From positions 2,046,001 to 2,110,000 of the forward strand of contig CM035362.1 of the NCBI GenBank assembly GCA_020137815.1: a stretch of DNA of 64,000 nucleotides. Direction: 5' to 3'. The stretch is from Hormiphora californensis. Taxonomy: Eukaryota > Animalia > Ctenophora. A model generated the notes under the pieces. The model was not told the origin of the DNA, ran no database searches, and was given only the letters and a program-made list of their open reading frames with translations. This document shows positions 51,461 to 64,000 of this stretch, piece by piece. The stretch's first letter is position 1. Each line of letters opens with the position of its first letter. Position numbers and translations under genes: made by a program.

Positions 51461-52048
51461 CAAGGGTGTGCGGACTCTAGTGCTACACTCTAAGTCTACA
51501 GTGGACTCTATATCTAAATTTAGATTTAGATAAAGAGTCCAAATAAGTCTAAACTCTAGGAGGACTCTTTATCTAAAAAGTCTACACAGGGCGGACTCTT
51601 TATCTAAAAAGTCTAAACAAAGTGGACTCTATATCTACATAAATCTAAATTAGATATAGAGTCCGCCTTTCGCCGCGAACTCGAGATTTCGGCCGTTAGG
51701 CCGGAAACGAGAGTTTGCTCTACCCCTATACTAATTTAGAAGTGTTAGGGCCGTTATTTGGGTTCGAGGTTAGGGTTAGGGTTAGTGTTAGGGTTAGGTT
51801 TTGGGTTGGGTTAGGATTTTAGACATAGAGTCCGGGTTGGAGGATTTGGCGCCAAAATGTACTAGAGGACTCTATATCTAAAAATTCTACACAGGGCGGA
51901 CTCTTTATCTAAAAAGTCTACACAGGGAGGACTCTTTATCTAAACTTTTTTCAAAATCTAACTGTAGATAAAGAGTCCGTTTTTAGATATAGAGTCCGCC
52001 TTGGATTTAGATAAAGAGTCCGTTAGCACTAGAGTCCGCCCACCGTTG
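51461..52048. mobile_element. TIR element with subterminal GGACTCT(T/A)TATCTAAA repeats and an internal (TTAGGG)-like tract
   Basis: CAAGGGTGTGCGGACTCTAGTGCTA…TAGCACTAGAGTCCGCCCACCGTTG; apparent TSD tgt. Removing it restores the CR1 frame KESLSSADAL. Confidence 0.85.
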
Positions 52049-53273
52049 TGTCAAGCGCTGACGCCCTGTCCTTTGCTGACGATACGAAACTTATACAAGT
52101 AATACGGACCCTACTAGACCAGGCTGAACTTCAGAAGGACCTAGGAAGTGTCACTCAGTGGTCAGTCAACAACAACATGAAGCTCCACGAGGATAAGTTT
52201 CAATTGGTTAATTATTCGCTTGGTAGATCAAAGTTGTTGAGAGAACTACCCTTCACTGCAGAAACGTTATCCTATGTTACAATGGGAGGAACAGTGGTGG
52301 ATCCAGAGCAGCATGTAAAAGACCTGGGGGTCTGGCTATCTTCGGATGGTACCTGGACTCATCATATTGGCGATATCGTAAGGAGAGCTAACATGATTTC
52401 AGGATGGATCTTCTGTGCATTCAGGAGTAGGTCACCAGAAGTACTACTAACCTTGTACAAGGCGTTAGTCCGGCCCATACTAGAATACTGTTGCCTGGTG
52501 TGGTATCCAACGAAAATCGGGGATATTCAAATGGTGGAAAACGTTCAACGGGCGTTCACTCGGAAGATCCAAGGGATGAAGAATCTGGACTACTGGCAGA
52601 GGCTAGAGGCGCTTGACCTTATTTCCCTCCAGAGAAGACGCCAGAGATATGAGTTAATCCACGTTTGGAAGATCTATAAGGGACTTGTTCCCAATTGTGT
52701 TGAGATGGAGTTCCAGACGGGTCGGTTGGGAGTACAGGCGAAAACCCAGAAATATCCTTACTGGGCAGAATCCAAACGGGCAAACCAACTGTATAACTCT
52801 TTCGGCTTCAGGGCACCTCGGTTATGGAATAAACTCCCTCGAGAGGTTACTCTTTCAGAAACACTTCCTGGGTTCAAGGCAAACCTTGGTGCGTTCATGA
52901 AGGAATTCTATGACAGACCACCGGTGCGTGGCTATATGACGGTCCCTAATGAGTTTCGAGAGGCAGAAAGGAAGAGCGTTGTGTGAAGCTGTAGTTGACA
53001 AAGGAGGACCCACGAGATGGGAATTTCTGCACTGTATGTTGTATGTTTCAAACTTTTCAACACTACTTTAAACAAATTAATTTGAGGATCCGTTTTGCTG
53101 CCCCTCGCTAATCCTTCTGAGACTTCTGTTTATCCCTCTCCTTAAAGAAAAGACAAGAGAAGACGTGTCTGGTTTTTCTAAGTAAACAGATCTCAGAGGA
53201 CCTCGTTGGGTTATAACCAAGGACGCCAAGACTTGCAAGGAACGGTTCCTCGCGCCTCTATTTACAGGACAGG

Positions 53274-54560
53274 ATGTCGGGTGTGGCTACCCATGATGTT
53301 ATTATGTGCAAGACAGATATGGAGGGTAAGTTGCTCGCCACGAGCTACTCTGATAGTTGTAAAGGTGCCAGCATAGCACAGAGCATCAAGGATGATACGG
53401 CGGAACCTCCGAGGGGGACTACCAAACCGATTTTATGGACAGTTATCAAACAACTGTATGCTTTGTTACCGGACACCAGACGCATATCTACCCACTCATC
53501 TGAATCTGTATCTTCATTCACGGCAGGAGATTTACAGGAGACGTTGGAAAAGCTGAAAGAGGATCTTCTAGGTTCACTTCCGGATCTAGTAGCTCCCAAG
53601 GTTAGCAAGATTCTTGCAGCTGATCGAGGAACCATCCCTGACAGTGTGACTCCTCCTGACTCAAATACTGGAGCAGTGGCTCCTGTGACTCCGATAAAGA
53701 GGTACCTGACAATCAAGGACAAAGGGGAAGATGGACCAATGTGTGAGAAGAAATGGACCGAAGTTGTACGAACAAAAGTGGAAACAGCGTTGAAGAATAT
53801 TCCGGTGTTAGATCTTTCTGTCAACAAGAGACGGACTAATCTGATGTTTGAGACGGATGATCAGATGGAACAAGCGAAGGAGGTTCTCTCTCCATTCCTT
53901 GATGTGTCTTCTGCAGTGGAGAAAGAGAAGAAGAAGGATCCCCGGATAATGGTCAATGACCTTGATCAGGACCTGTTAGAGAAGGATAGTCTTCTCTCCG
54001 AGATTGTCAGTGATAAGAATGAGTCAGTGAAGAGGCTTGTTGAGGAGGGTCATGTTGTGAAGGTGGTTCATATTAACAAGACAGGGAGATATGCTGTGAT
54101 TCAGGTAACCCCAGAGGTGAGGAAGGTGATTGCTGACCGGAAGGACAAGCTCTTTTTGAAGCTCCGACAGCACTTTGTTAGGAACAGGTTTTATGTCACT
54201 CAGTGTTTCCACTGTCAGCGCTTTGGTCATGTAGCAGGGTCCATCTACTGTCCAAACAAGGATAAATCTGCGGTTTGTGCCTTCTGTACAGGGGATCATG
54301 ATACTAGGAGTTGCCAAGCCAAGAAGGATAACGTAGTGAGCAGAATGAAATGTGTCAACTGTGATCATGGAGGAAGCAAAGAGGACAAGCGTCATGCTAA
54401 GAGTCACCCAGCCTCAAGCAGTATGTGTCCATTCTACATCAATGCTAAAGCTAGACTCATGGAGAGCACAAGTGGCGTGACTAAGGAGGAAAAAAACCTG
54501 TATCAGACGAGGGCATGGGAGGACCTGAGAGGAAAACGACTTGGAAGATTGGCTCACTAA
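53274..54560 (+). CDS. LINE ORF1 (gag-like, three Zn knuckles)
   Basis: CFHCQRFGH…C, CAFCTGDH…C, CVNC…H…C. Confidence 0.88.
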   Translation: MSGVATHDVIMCKTDMEGKLLATSYSDSCKGASIAQSIKDDTAEPPRGTTKPILWTVIKQLYALLPDTRRISTHSSESVSSFTAGDLQETLEKLKEDLLGSLPDLVAPKVSKILAADRGTIPDSVTPPDSNTGAVAPVTPIKRYLTIKDKGEDGPMCEKKWTEVVRTKVETALKNIPVLDLSVNKRRTNLMFETDDQMEQAKEVLSPFLDVSSAVEKEKKKDPRIMVNDLDQDLLEKDSLLSEIVSDKNESVKRLVEEGHVVKVVHINKTGRYAVIQVTPEVRKVIADRKDKLFLKLRQHFVRNRFYVTQCFHCQRFGHVAGSIYCPNKDKSAVCAFCTGDHDTRSCQAKKDNVVSRMKCVNCDHGGSKEDKRHAKSHPASSSMCPFYINAKARLMESTSGVTKEEKNLYQTRAWEDLRGKRLGRLAH

Positions 54561-57478
54561 ATGTTCACTCAATTATGAATAAAACGTCAGGTGTAATTAC
54601 ACACTTGGAGGAAAAAGGATGCGACATCTGCTTGGTACAGGAGACTTATCTGAAGCAAAGTGACACTGCAAAACTTCAGGAGATCAGAGATTATGGTTGG
54701 AACATCTTCTCCTCTCCTAGGGCCGAACGCTCTGGAGGAGGAATTGGGATCTTGTACAGGGATGGCGTAAAGATCAAGTACACACCAGTAAAGACTAAGT
54801 TTAAATCATTCCAGGTCCAGGAAGCCCTTATCGGTATTGGGCAGGATCTTACAAGGTTGTGCAATATCTATAGGCCTCCTTACACGGGCAAGGCAAGATA
54901 TACGGAAGCACAGTTCCTGGATGAGTTTAATGACTATCTGTCCGAGCTAGTCTGCAAAACTGGATATCCCGTTCTGATGGGTGATTTTAACTTCCAAGTC
55001 CACGACACCCAGAACTTCTATGCCAAGAAATTACTTGCACTGCTTGACTCTCTGGGGTTTGATCAATTAGTTCCAATGCAACCCACCCATGTTCGAGGAG
55101 GTACTCTTGATCTCTTGCTGTGCCAAAAAGACAGAGTTTCCAAAGTTCAATCAGTGACAATATTTCCAGAAGGGACAACTTCGGATCACTTTATGGTTTT
55201 AGCTGATCTGTTAATCGAGACTACTAGAAGTGAATACAAAACCCGTGAACAGATTGACACATACAGGGATTTTAGGGCAGTTGACCTGGAACTGTTCAGG
55301 CGAGCTTTTGGAGATGTGGATTGGAGTGCGGTGATGGAGTCTAAATCTGCTGAGGATGCTTTGGCTGCTTATTCGAGGATAATCGAGGATCTTGTGGAGA
55401 GGACTGTCCCACTGAAGAGGAAAAAGAAGAAAGGGGCGAAGATAAAGCCATGGAGAGATAATCCAGAGGTGCGTGAGGTTCTTCGACTACGAAGGAAAGC
55501 CGAGAGGGCTTGGGAAAGCAACAGAACTAGTATAACGAAGAAGCAATTCAATGACCTCAAGAGACAGTTTGGACGTGTGGATAAAGAGGCGAGAATGAAG
55601 TATGTGAAAGATGATCTAGAGGAATCAAGGGATGACCCAAAAGCACTTCAGAGGAAGCTCAGCCGCCTTCTTGGAAACAATGAAACCTTTCTACCAGAAA
55701 CAAGTGATAAGAGGAAGCTAGCGGATGATTTTGGTGACTTCTTTGTTGGAAAAGTTGAGAGGATCCGAACTACTGTGTTAGAGGAGCAGAACCAGAGGAC
55801 AACGAGGAATGTTTTACATCAGACCCCTGTCTGTTGTTTTGAAAAGTTTGAGGAAGTTTCCCCAGAGAAACTAATCAGGATTATCAAAGATATGCCTGAC
55901 AAGACCTGTGATCTTGATCTCATACCTACGTGGTTGGTGAAAGGTTGCATTGATGAGCTAGCCACCGCTTTGTGCAAGTTTGTAAACCTATCACTCCAGT
56001 GTTCCAGCGTTCCTGATATTCTTCAACAAGCATTGGTTTTTCCTACGATTAAGAACCCCCATGGGGACAAAGACTCCTTATCCAACTACCGTCCAGTCTC
56101 CAACCTACCGTTTATCTCCAAATTACTGGAAAAGGTTGTCCTAGAGCAGCTGAACTCATACCTCAATGAGAATGAGTTACTGAACAAACATCAATCGGGT
56201 TATCGGGTGGGACATAGTTGTGAAACACTCCTGATGGGTATGTTTGATGATTTACTACGAGACCTTGATGAAGGAAAGGTCACTGGCCTCTTTCTTTTAG
56301 ACATGAGTGCTGCCTTTGATACAGTGGACCATGGGAAGCTGCTAGAGACTCTGGAAGGACGTTTTGGAGTGAAAGGCTCTGTGCTGGATTGGTTTGCCAG
56401 CTATCTACAGTGTAGGAATTACCGAGTTAATGTGGAGGGGGAGCTTTCGAGGATCATCACGCTGATATGTGGAGTTCCACAGGGGTCACTGCTTGGGCCG
56501 GTATTGTTCTTGTTGTATGTCGAGGAGCTCCAGGACTTGGTTAGACCCTTTGGTCTGAGGATTAAGCTATACGCCGATGACTCTCAACTGTACATCAGTC
56601 TTGTGCCTACTGACAAGGATGGTTGGAATGCAGCGAAGGAGAGGATTGAGGAGTGTCTATCAAGTGTGAAACTGTGGATGAGTGATCACTGGCTTAAGTG
56701 TAATGAGGCAAAGACAGAGTTTTTACTGTTAGGTAAGAGCAGTGCTCTGGATAAGATGGTCTTCCAGCCCACGGTAAGCTTTGGAGGAGTGGAAATCAGC
56801 CCTATGGAATTTACTGGATCTGCAGGGAAGACCCTGGGTGTATTCCTTGACAGTAACATTTCGATGGAAAGGCAGATCAACAGTGTTAAGAAGCAATGTG
56901 GAATGCTTCTCAAGAATTTGTGGCAGGTTAACCGATGTTTGGATAAACCGACCAAGATGCTTCTGGTGAAGCAACTCATCGTTTCGAGACTTGACTACTG
57001 TAATGTCCTTTATTCTGGCTTACCAAAGAAGCTCCTGGATAGCTTGCAGCGAGTTCTGAACTCATGTGTCAGATTTGTGTATGGCCTGTATGGTCACCAG
57101 GACAGTTACATGCCCTACTTGAGTGAAATGCACGTCCTCCCGATTGAACAGCGAGTTAAGTTCAAGGTTTGCTTAATGGCGTACAAGATTGTACATGGCT
57201 TGGCTCCAGTGTACCTGCAGGAACAGGTCCCTGTGGATGATGGACTACATGTGATCCGGACTACCAGAGGAAACGCTCAGCCTGATGGCCTCAAGCTGAG
57301 GTATCCTAAGCTATCCAGTGTGAATGCAACTTCTAAGTTGAGGAGGAGACGTCCGTCGGTTTATCTGCCTGAAATCTGGAATAAGCTTTCCATTGATCTG
57401 AGAGCAATTGACTCTGTGGACTCTTTCAAGTCTAAGCTAAAGACTAGTCTCTTCATTGAGGCTTTCGGTGAATCCTGA
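54515..57478 (+). CDS. LINE ORF2 (APE endonuclease plus RT), L2-group-like
   Basis: QET, IYRPP, GDFN, SDH; LLDMSAAFD, GVPQGSLLGP, YADD, SRLDYCN, H.LP..QR..FK. Confidence 0.93.
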   Translation: MGGPERKTTWKIGSLNVHSIMNKTSGVITHLEEKGCDICLVQETYLKQSDTAKLQEIRDYGWNIFSSPRAERSGGGIGILYRDGVKIKYTPVKTKFKSFQVQEALIGIGQDLTRLCNIYRPPYTGKARYTEAQFLDEFNDYLSELVCKTGYPVLMGDFNFQVHDTQNFYAKKLLALLDSLGFDQLVPMQPTHVRGGTLDLLLCQKDRVSKVQSVTIFPEGTTSDHFMVLADLLIETTRSEYKTREQIDTYRDFRAVDLELFRRAFGDVDWSAVMESKSAEDALAAYSRIIEDLVERTVPLKRKKKKGAKIKPWRDNPEVREVLRLRRKAERAWESNRTSITKKQFNDLKRQFGRVDKEARMKYVKDDLEESRDDPKALQRKLSRLLGNNETFLPETSDKRKLADDFGDFFVGKVERIRTTVLEEQNQRTTRNVLHQTPVCCFEKFEEVSPEKLIRIIKDMPDKTCDLDLIPTWLVKGCIDELATALCKFVNLSLQCSSVPDILQQALVFPTIKNPHGDKDSLSNYRPVSNLPFISKLLEKVVLEQLNSYLNENELLNKHQSGYRVGHSCETLLMGMFDDLLRDLDEGKVTGLFLLDMSAAFDTVDHGKLLETLEGRFGVKGSVLDWFASYLQCRNYRVNVEGELSRIITLICGVPQGSLLGPVLFLLYVEELQDLVRPFGLRIKLYADDSQLYISLVPTDKDGWNAAKERIEECLSSVKLWMSDHWLKCNEAKTEFLLLGKSSALDKMVFQPTVSFGGVEISPMEFTGSAGKTLGVFLDSNISMERQINSVKKQCGMLLKNLWQVNRCLDKPTKMLLVKQLIVSRLDYCNVLYSGLPKKLLDSLQRVLNSCVRFVYGLYGHQDSYMPYLSEMHVLPIEQRVKFKVCLMAYKIVHGLAPVYLQEQVPVDDGLHVIRTTRGNAQPDGLKLRYPKLSSVNATSKLRRRRPSVYLPEIWNKLSIDLRAIDSVDSFKSKLKTSLFIEAFGES

Positions 57479-57894
57479 TTGTCCTAGGAGTGTTCTCTCC
57501 ATCTTACTGAGGTTTGTTCTCTAGCTGGTACCTGTTTTATTTTTTCTGTATTTTGGCTCGTGGCGAGCAGAAGTGTGAAGCACGTTTTGGGTTTTTTCAT
57601 AGCACGAGTGTTTTCTATCTATTGGACTTTTAAACCATCTTTTTAGAGTTCCAGGACTCTATCTCAGTCTGTTATGTTTTCAGTTACCGATAGTTATGTG
57701 GGCCGTTGTTTTTTTTTCTTTACCATTTTTTGTGCAATATTAAGGATAAGTCGGCAGGTATATTCAAGTATGTTAACCGTTCAGATCATCCCTCAGTGAC
57801 AGCAACAGTTCTACTGCTCTGTCCCTGTCGGATATGGGCGGAATACAAACATAGTTATTATTATTATTATTATTATTATTATTGTGTGTAATTT

Positions 57895-58080
57895 ATTTGA
57901 ACTTGAACTTGAACTAAAGGCCCGTTTAAAACTCTCGAACTTGTCAATGCGGTTGAGCTCTGCTGGGAAACTGTTCCACAGCTTTGGTCCTATGACCGCA
58001 AAGGACTCGTCATAGAGTGTTTGGTTTGCACTCGATCCTGTCTTCGTCATTGGTGGTACGACTGCCTTGATCCCTGTGGC
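57895..58080 (-). mobile_element. CR1 ORF2 3' fragment
   Basis: SFAVIGPKLWNSFPAEL…FESFKR. Confidence 0.65.
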
Positions 58081-58409
58081 CTGTCCGACCTTTGTTGTGT
58101 AGCTTTATCGGGTATCCTTACCTTTCAATTTTCATCCTTGAATAACTGTAACATAATACTATAATACTATGATATAATACTAAATTCCAATTTCAAAGTA
58201 GCTACTGGATGACAAAAGCTTCGATAATCGATATGAATGTGATGAGCACTAGGTGTGGTCAGTGGTGTGGAAGATACCATCCAAGAAGATACCAAGATCG
58301 TTGATCGTTGCTTTGATGCTCCTGATCTTCAATGCGATCAATTGGAGTTGTACTACTCTTTTTAAAACTGTAAGTTGAATTCCTTGATTTATTCACCTCA
58401 TCTCTTTCT

Positions 58410-58910
58410 CCATCTCTCTAGATCTCCATCTCTAGATCTCCATCTCTAGATCTACATCTCTAGATCTCCATCTCTAGATCTCCATCTCTAGATCTCCATC
58501 TCTAGATCTCCATCTCTAGATCTCCATCTCTAGATCTCCATCTCTAGATCTCCATCTCTAGATCTCCATCTCTAGATCTCCATCTCTAGATCTCCATCTC
58601 TAGATCTCCATCTCTAGATCTCCATCTCTAGATCTCCATCTCTAGATCTCCATCTCTAGATCTCCATCTCTAGATCTCCATCTCTAGATCTCCATCTCTA
58701 GATCTCCATCTCTAGATCTCCATCTCTAGATCTCCATCTCTAGATCTCCATCTCTAGATCTCCATCTCTAGATCTCCATCTCTAGATCTCCATCTCTAGA
58801 TCTCCATCTCTAGATCTCCATCTCTAGATCTCCATCTCTAGATCTCCATCTCTAGATCTCCATCTCTAGATCTCCATCTCTCTCTAGACCTCTCTCTCTA
58901 GATCTCTCCA
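58410..58910. repeat. 14-bp tandem repeat, >30 copies
   Basis: Unit tctagatctccatc. Confidence 0.95.
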
Positions 58911-59074
58911 TCTCCATTCTCCAACCTATAATGTGAACCTGCCTGTGTAGTTCCTGATGGTGGGAGGGGAGGGGGGGGGCTATTCTCCTAGTGCCGGCGA
59001 TATCGCTTCGCGATAGTCCCCTGTAGGCTTGCCATTGGAAAGCCCAGGCACTCCGTAGATAGATAGATAGATCT

Positions 59075-59188
<114 letters not shown>

Positions 59189-59529
59189 ACCCCAACTAAT
59201 CAACATATGGACCCCTTATAACCCACCTCTGAGCCCTTTTACCTGAGCTCCCTGCTAACCCACCTCTGAATCCCTTCTAGCTCAACTCTGGACCCGCCTT
59301 TGAACCCCCTCTGATAGTTTAATCAAATGTTAGTAACAAAATACTCTCTCAGATTCCGTTCCGGAAACCAAATTACTGGGTCAAGATACTAATATTACTG
59401 GGCCAACGTACTATGAGCTAAACACCTGAGTAGGGGAACCGTTCACAGCTGCTTCTCATCGCCAGCAGATCTTTATTGATGGATTCACAGACCCTAGTAA
59501 GTGGTTCTAGTCTAGAACTGGGTTAGTAT

Positions 59530-60515
59530 GGATCCACCTCTGGACCCCTACTAAGCAACATGTGGACCCCTTCTAACCCACCTCTGAGTCCTTTTACCTC
59601 AGCAGTCAGCTCCTTACTAACTCCCGCTGAAACCTCTCTATTATATCTCACCTCTCGACTCTTCTAACCCACCTTTGAAGCCCCTTCTAACCCAACTCTG
59701 AACCCTTCCTAAATCAACTCTTAATCCCTTTTAAACCACCTCTCGACCCCTACTAATTACTACCCCACTCCTCGAACCCTTCTAACCCACCCTTCAACCC
59801 CTTCTAACACATCTCTCAGCTCCCTAATAACCCACCTCCGGACCCCCTCTAACTTACCTCTCGACCCCTTTTAAACCACCCTTTGAACACTTTTAACCCA
59901 ACTCTAGTACCATTCTGACCCACCTCTCGACCCCTAGTAACTCACCTCTGGGGCCCTTTTACCCCCCTTTTGGCCCCTTCTATGTTCTAGCCCACCTCTC
60001 GTACCCCTTTTAACCCCTTCTATCCCACCTCCCGACCTCTACTAACCCATCCCTCGACCCTTTCTAACCCACCTTCCGATAGGGGTCGGACCTTCTAATC
60101 CATCTCCCGTACCCCTTCTAACCCACCTCTCGACCCCTACTAACCCACGGCCACCCTTGGCCCCTTCTAACCCACCTCTCGACCCCTTCTAACTCATCTT
60201 TCAACCCACCTCTCGACCCCTTTTAATCCACCTCTCGACCTTTTTTAATCCACCTCTCGACCCCTTTTTACCCACCTCTCGAGCCCTATTAAGTACTTAC
60301 CCTTCCCTCGACCCCTTCTAACCCACCTCTCGAGTCTCGACCCCCTTTAACCTACCTCTCATATCCCTTCCCTCGACCCCTTCTAAGTTATTACTCGCCC
60401 CTCGACCTCTTCTAACCCAACTCTCAACCCCTTCTAACCCATCTCTCATACCCCTTCCAACCCATCTCTCTTATCCCAATTCTATCCCATCTCTGGACCT
60501 CTTTTAACCCACATC
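59530..60515. repeat. Degenerate ~22-bp pyrimidine-rich minisatellite (also 59200-59310 and 62049-62130)
   Basis: Consensus acccacctctcgaccccttcta. Confidence 0.85.
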
Positions 60516-62048
<1,533 letters not shown>

Positions 62049-64000
62049 ACATCTCGACCCCTACCAAACCACCAAATCTCTTGACCCTTTCTAACCTACT
62101 GCACCTCTCATCACCTTTTATCCCACCTAGATTCTAACCTAGATGTTATCTCTCTATCTAGAGATCTAATCTTTGCATCCCTAGATGCTATCTCTCCATC
62201 GCTAAATGCTACATCGCTATCAAGACCAACATCGCCATCTCCAACATTCATGTTAGTACCCCACCCTAATTTTCAAAGCTACCGGCTACCCCATCATCAT
62301 TTTATTACCCCATCTCTCAGTTAGCCCACGCTACCTCTCACTCTCAACTACTCAGGAGTCAGGTACCCTATTTCTCTCCCTCCCCCTTCCCAAAAAGAGA
62401 GGGTACACCGTGCCCAACAATTAGCCCACATCACCTCTCACTCTCACCTACTCAAACACCATGTCTCTGAGACATTGTCTCAAGTACCCGGCATCTCTAC
62501 CACCCTACCCGTTGGGTCCCCCACGCTGCTAGATACCTATGAAATTTTGCTAGATGCCCCTAAATACACCAATGCATCCACTAGAAACCCCTCGGACTCT
62601 ACAAAATACCCCTCAGAGCATTATTCACGAACGGACACTATCACACCATGTCATACTTACAAGCGGACACACACTAACATCGTTACTAAAATCTCTGTCT
62701 TTTCTCAGGTATTATTGACCACGTTATACCTTCCACGACCTTCCCCACGAAAACTTTAAATTGCCAAGGTTTGTGATGAACTACAACAACATGGACACCT
62801 GAAACTCGCCATTTTCCAGGTACAGTGTTGTCTTGTTCGACCCTCCTTCCCCGAACAAAACCAGTACTGCAGTGTGGGAGCGGCCAAAATTCACGTGGGA
62901 GTCACGTGACACAACGTTATTTTATGTGCACTATCTCTCTCTATCTCTCAAATATGTAACGGTTTTCAATTCAGGTGTGATCATTACGGCAGACGAGTTC
63001 ACTCTTCCTATGGTTCCCACAATCAAGGGAGGGAGGGAACATGTTTTTTCATCATCACGGGACTGTTGAAGTCGGTTAAGGCACCCACGGAGCTAAGCCG
63101 TAATCTCCCTGCTGTGCATCAAGCTAACATTGGTCCTTAGATGGCCCTACCTCTGCTGATGGCTGTAAACTGCAAGGATTTCAGTGCAGTGGAGACATTG
63201 ATTGTCAAATCTACTATCCTGGAGCCCCATGAACAAGTTTAATGTGTAAGAGTGACTCTTGTATATTCGTAATTTCCCAATAATAGTTCCCCTCAATGTG
63301 CTGTATGTGTCTAGAGAGAGGGCTTGAGGAGACGAGTATTTTAATTTTAATTTAGGTGGACCCATAAAGGGAAGATCTATATATATATATATAATAGTGT
63401 CACCATTACTTTATTTGTAAACCTGTAAACCTGTATTTTTTTGTAACATGATTTTTCCAAGTTTAGTTTCTTCACCTTGAAAATTGTTGTTTTGTTCGAA
63501 CAAGGCAAGAAAGTTGCTCATGATGTCTTTAAAAACAACCCCAACACCGATTGGCATCACTTTTCCAGCAGCCCTCATGTCCAATTTGCCACAGTTTGAT
63601 ATATCTTTACGTCGCGCGCGTTTGTTAAATCTCTTATCGAAAGTCCATGTTAGTCAGCATTTGATAACCGCGCGTACGACCCCCTAGGCCCTTTGAGGGC
63701 CTGTAGCATAGGCCAAACTCGCTGCTGGTAGGGGTGACTTGATATACTCGGATCAAAATTCTTTCATGTATACTAGTGTGTCATAACCCCATAATGACAT
63801 CCCTCGAAATCCCGACTCTCAGATTCGAAAAATAGGGCGCATTTTGAGGTTTTTTCATTCACACGTGACAGTGACGTTGTAGATCACATGATTAGCATGG
63901 AGTCCCCCATAACTCCTTTGGGATATCAAAATAAGGTTTCATATTTCCCAACTGTGAGCGCAGTGAGCAAATGCTAACAATTACAAATTACTCGGTTTAT

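Larger units (their letters stand above)
50866..53065 (+). mobile_element. 5'-truncated CR1-group LINE interrupted by two insertions
   Basis: PIFKKG…NYRPVS…YLDFQKAFD…QGSVLGP | FADD…RPILEY; clearly related to 10141-11778. Confidence 0.9.
53080..57882 (+). mobile_element. Apparently full-length, intact L2-group LINE
   Basis: Two uninterrupted overlapping ORFs, 3' UTR and (TAT)n tail at ~57855-57882. The 5' boundary is approximate. Confidence 0.88.

Noticed and set aside
51768-51800. Telomere or chromosome-fusion site
   Set aside because: Short, degenerate and internal to a TIR element.
58410-58910. Regular repeat array
   Set aside because: Simple 14-bp tandem repeat without spacers.
62700-63285. 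Selenoprotein or alternative genetic code suggested by in-frame TGA
   Set aside because: Other stops and frameshifts are present, no SECIS was recognised, and FEN1 and KIF4 use TGA as stop.

Overview
Eukaryotic, intron-rich, repeat-dense animal DNA. The MITE families, GT-AG introns and acceptor-before-ATG gene starts suggest a ctenophore such as Pleurobrachia (inference, not verified). From left to right: (1) an intronless minus-strand MFS transporter broken by a 626-bp palindromic insertion; (2) ten plus-strand exons, missed by the ORF track, that splice into the C-terminal half of an EFF-1/AFF-1 (FF/fusexin) cell-cell fusogen, whose 5' exons must lie upstream, so the MFS gene is probably nested in its intron; (3) a decayed, intron-containing region at 12-21 kb with a Polinton-type protein-primed PolB N-terminus, a Ulp1-like protease, a SAP-like domain and a Zn knuckle; (4) a tight co-directional cluster FEN1-KIF4-MCM5 with 323 and 244 bp between CDSs and a splice acceptor just upstream of each ATG, a candidate trans-spliced proliferation operon; (5) many foldback/MITE elements, including a 3.9-kb nested palindrome; (6) LINEs (CR1 fragments, RTE, an intact two-ORF L2-group element), an ORF1-only retroelement, and satellites. 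All calls come from manual translation and motif recognition; no searches were run.
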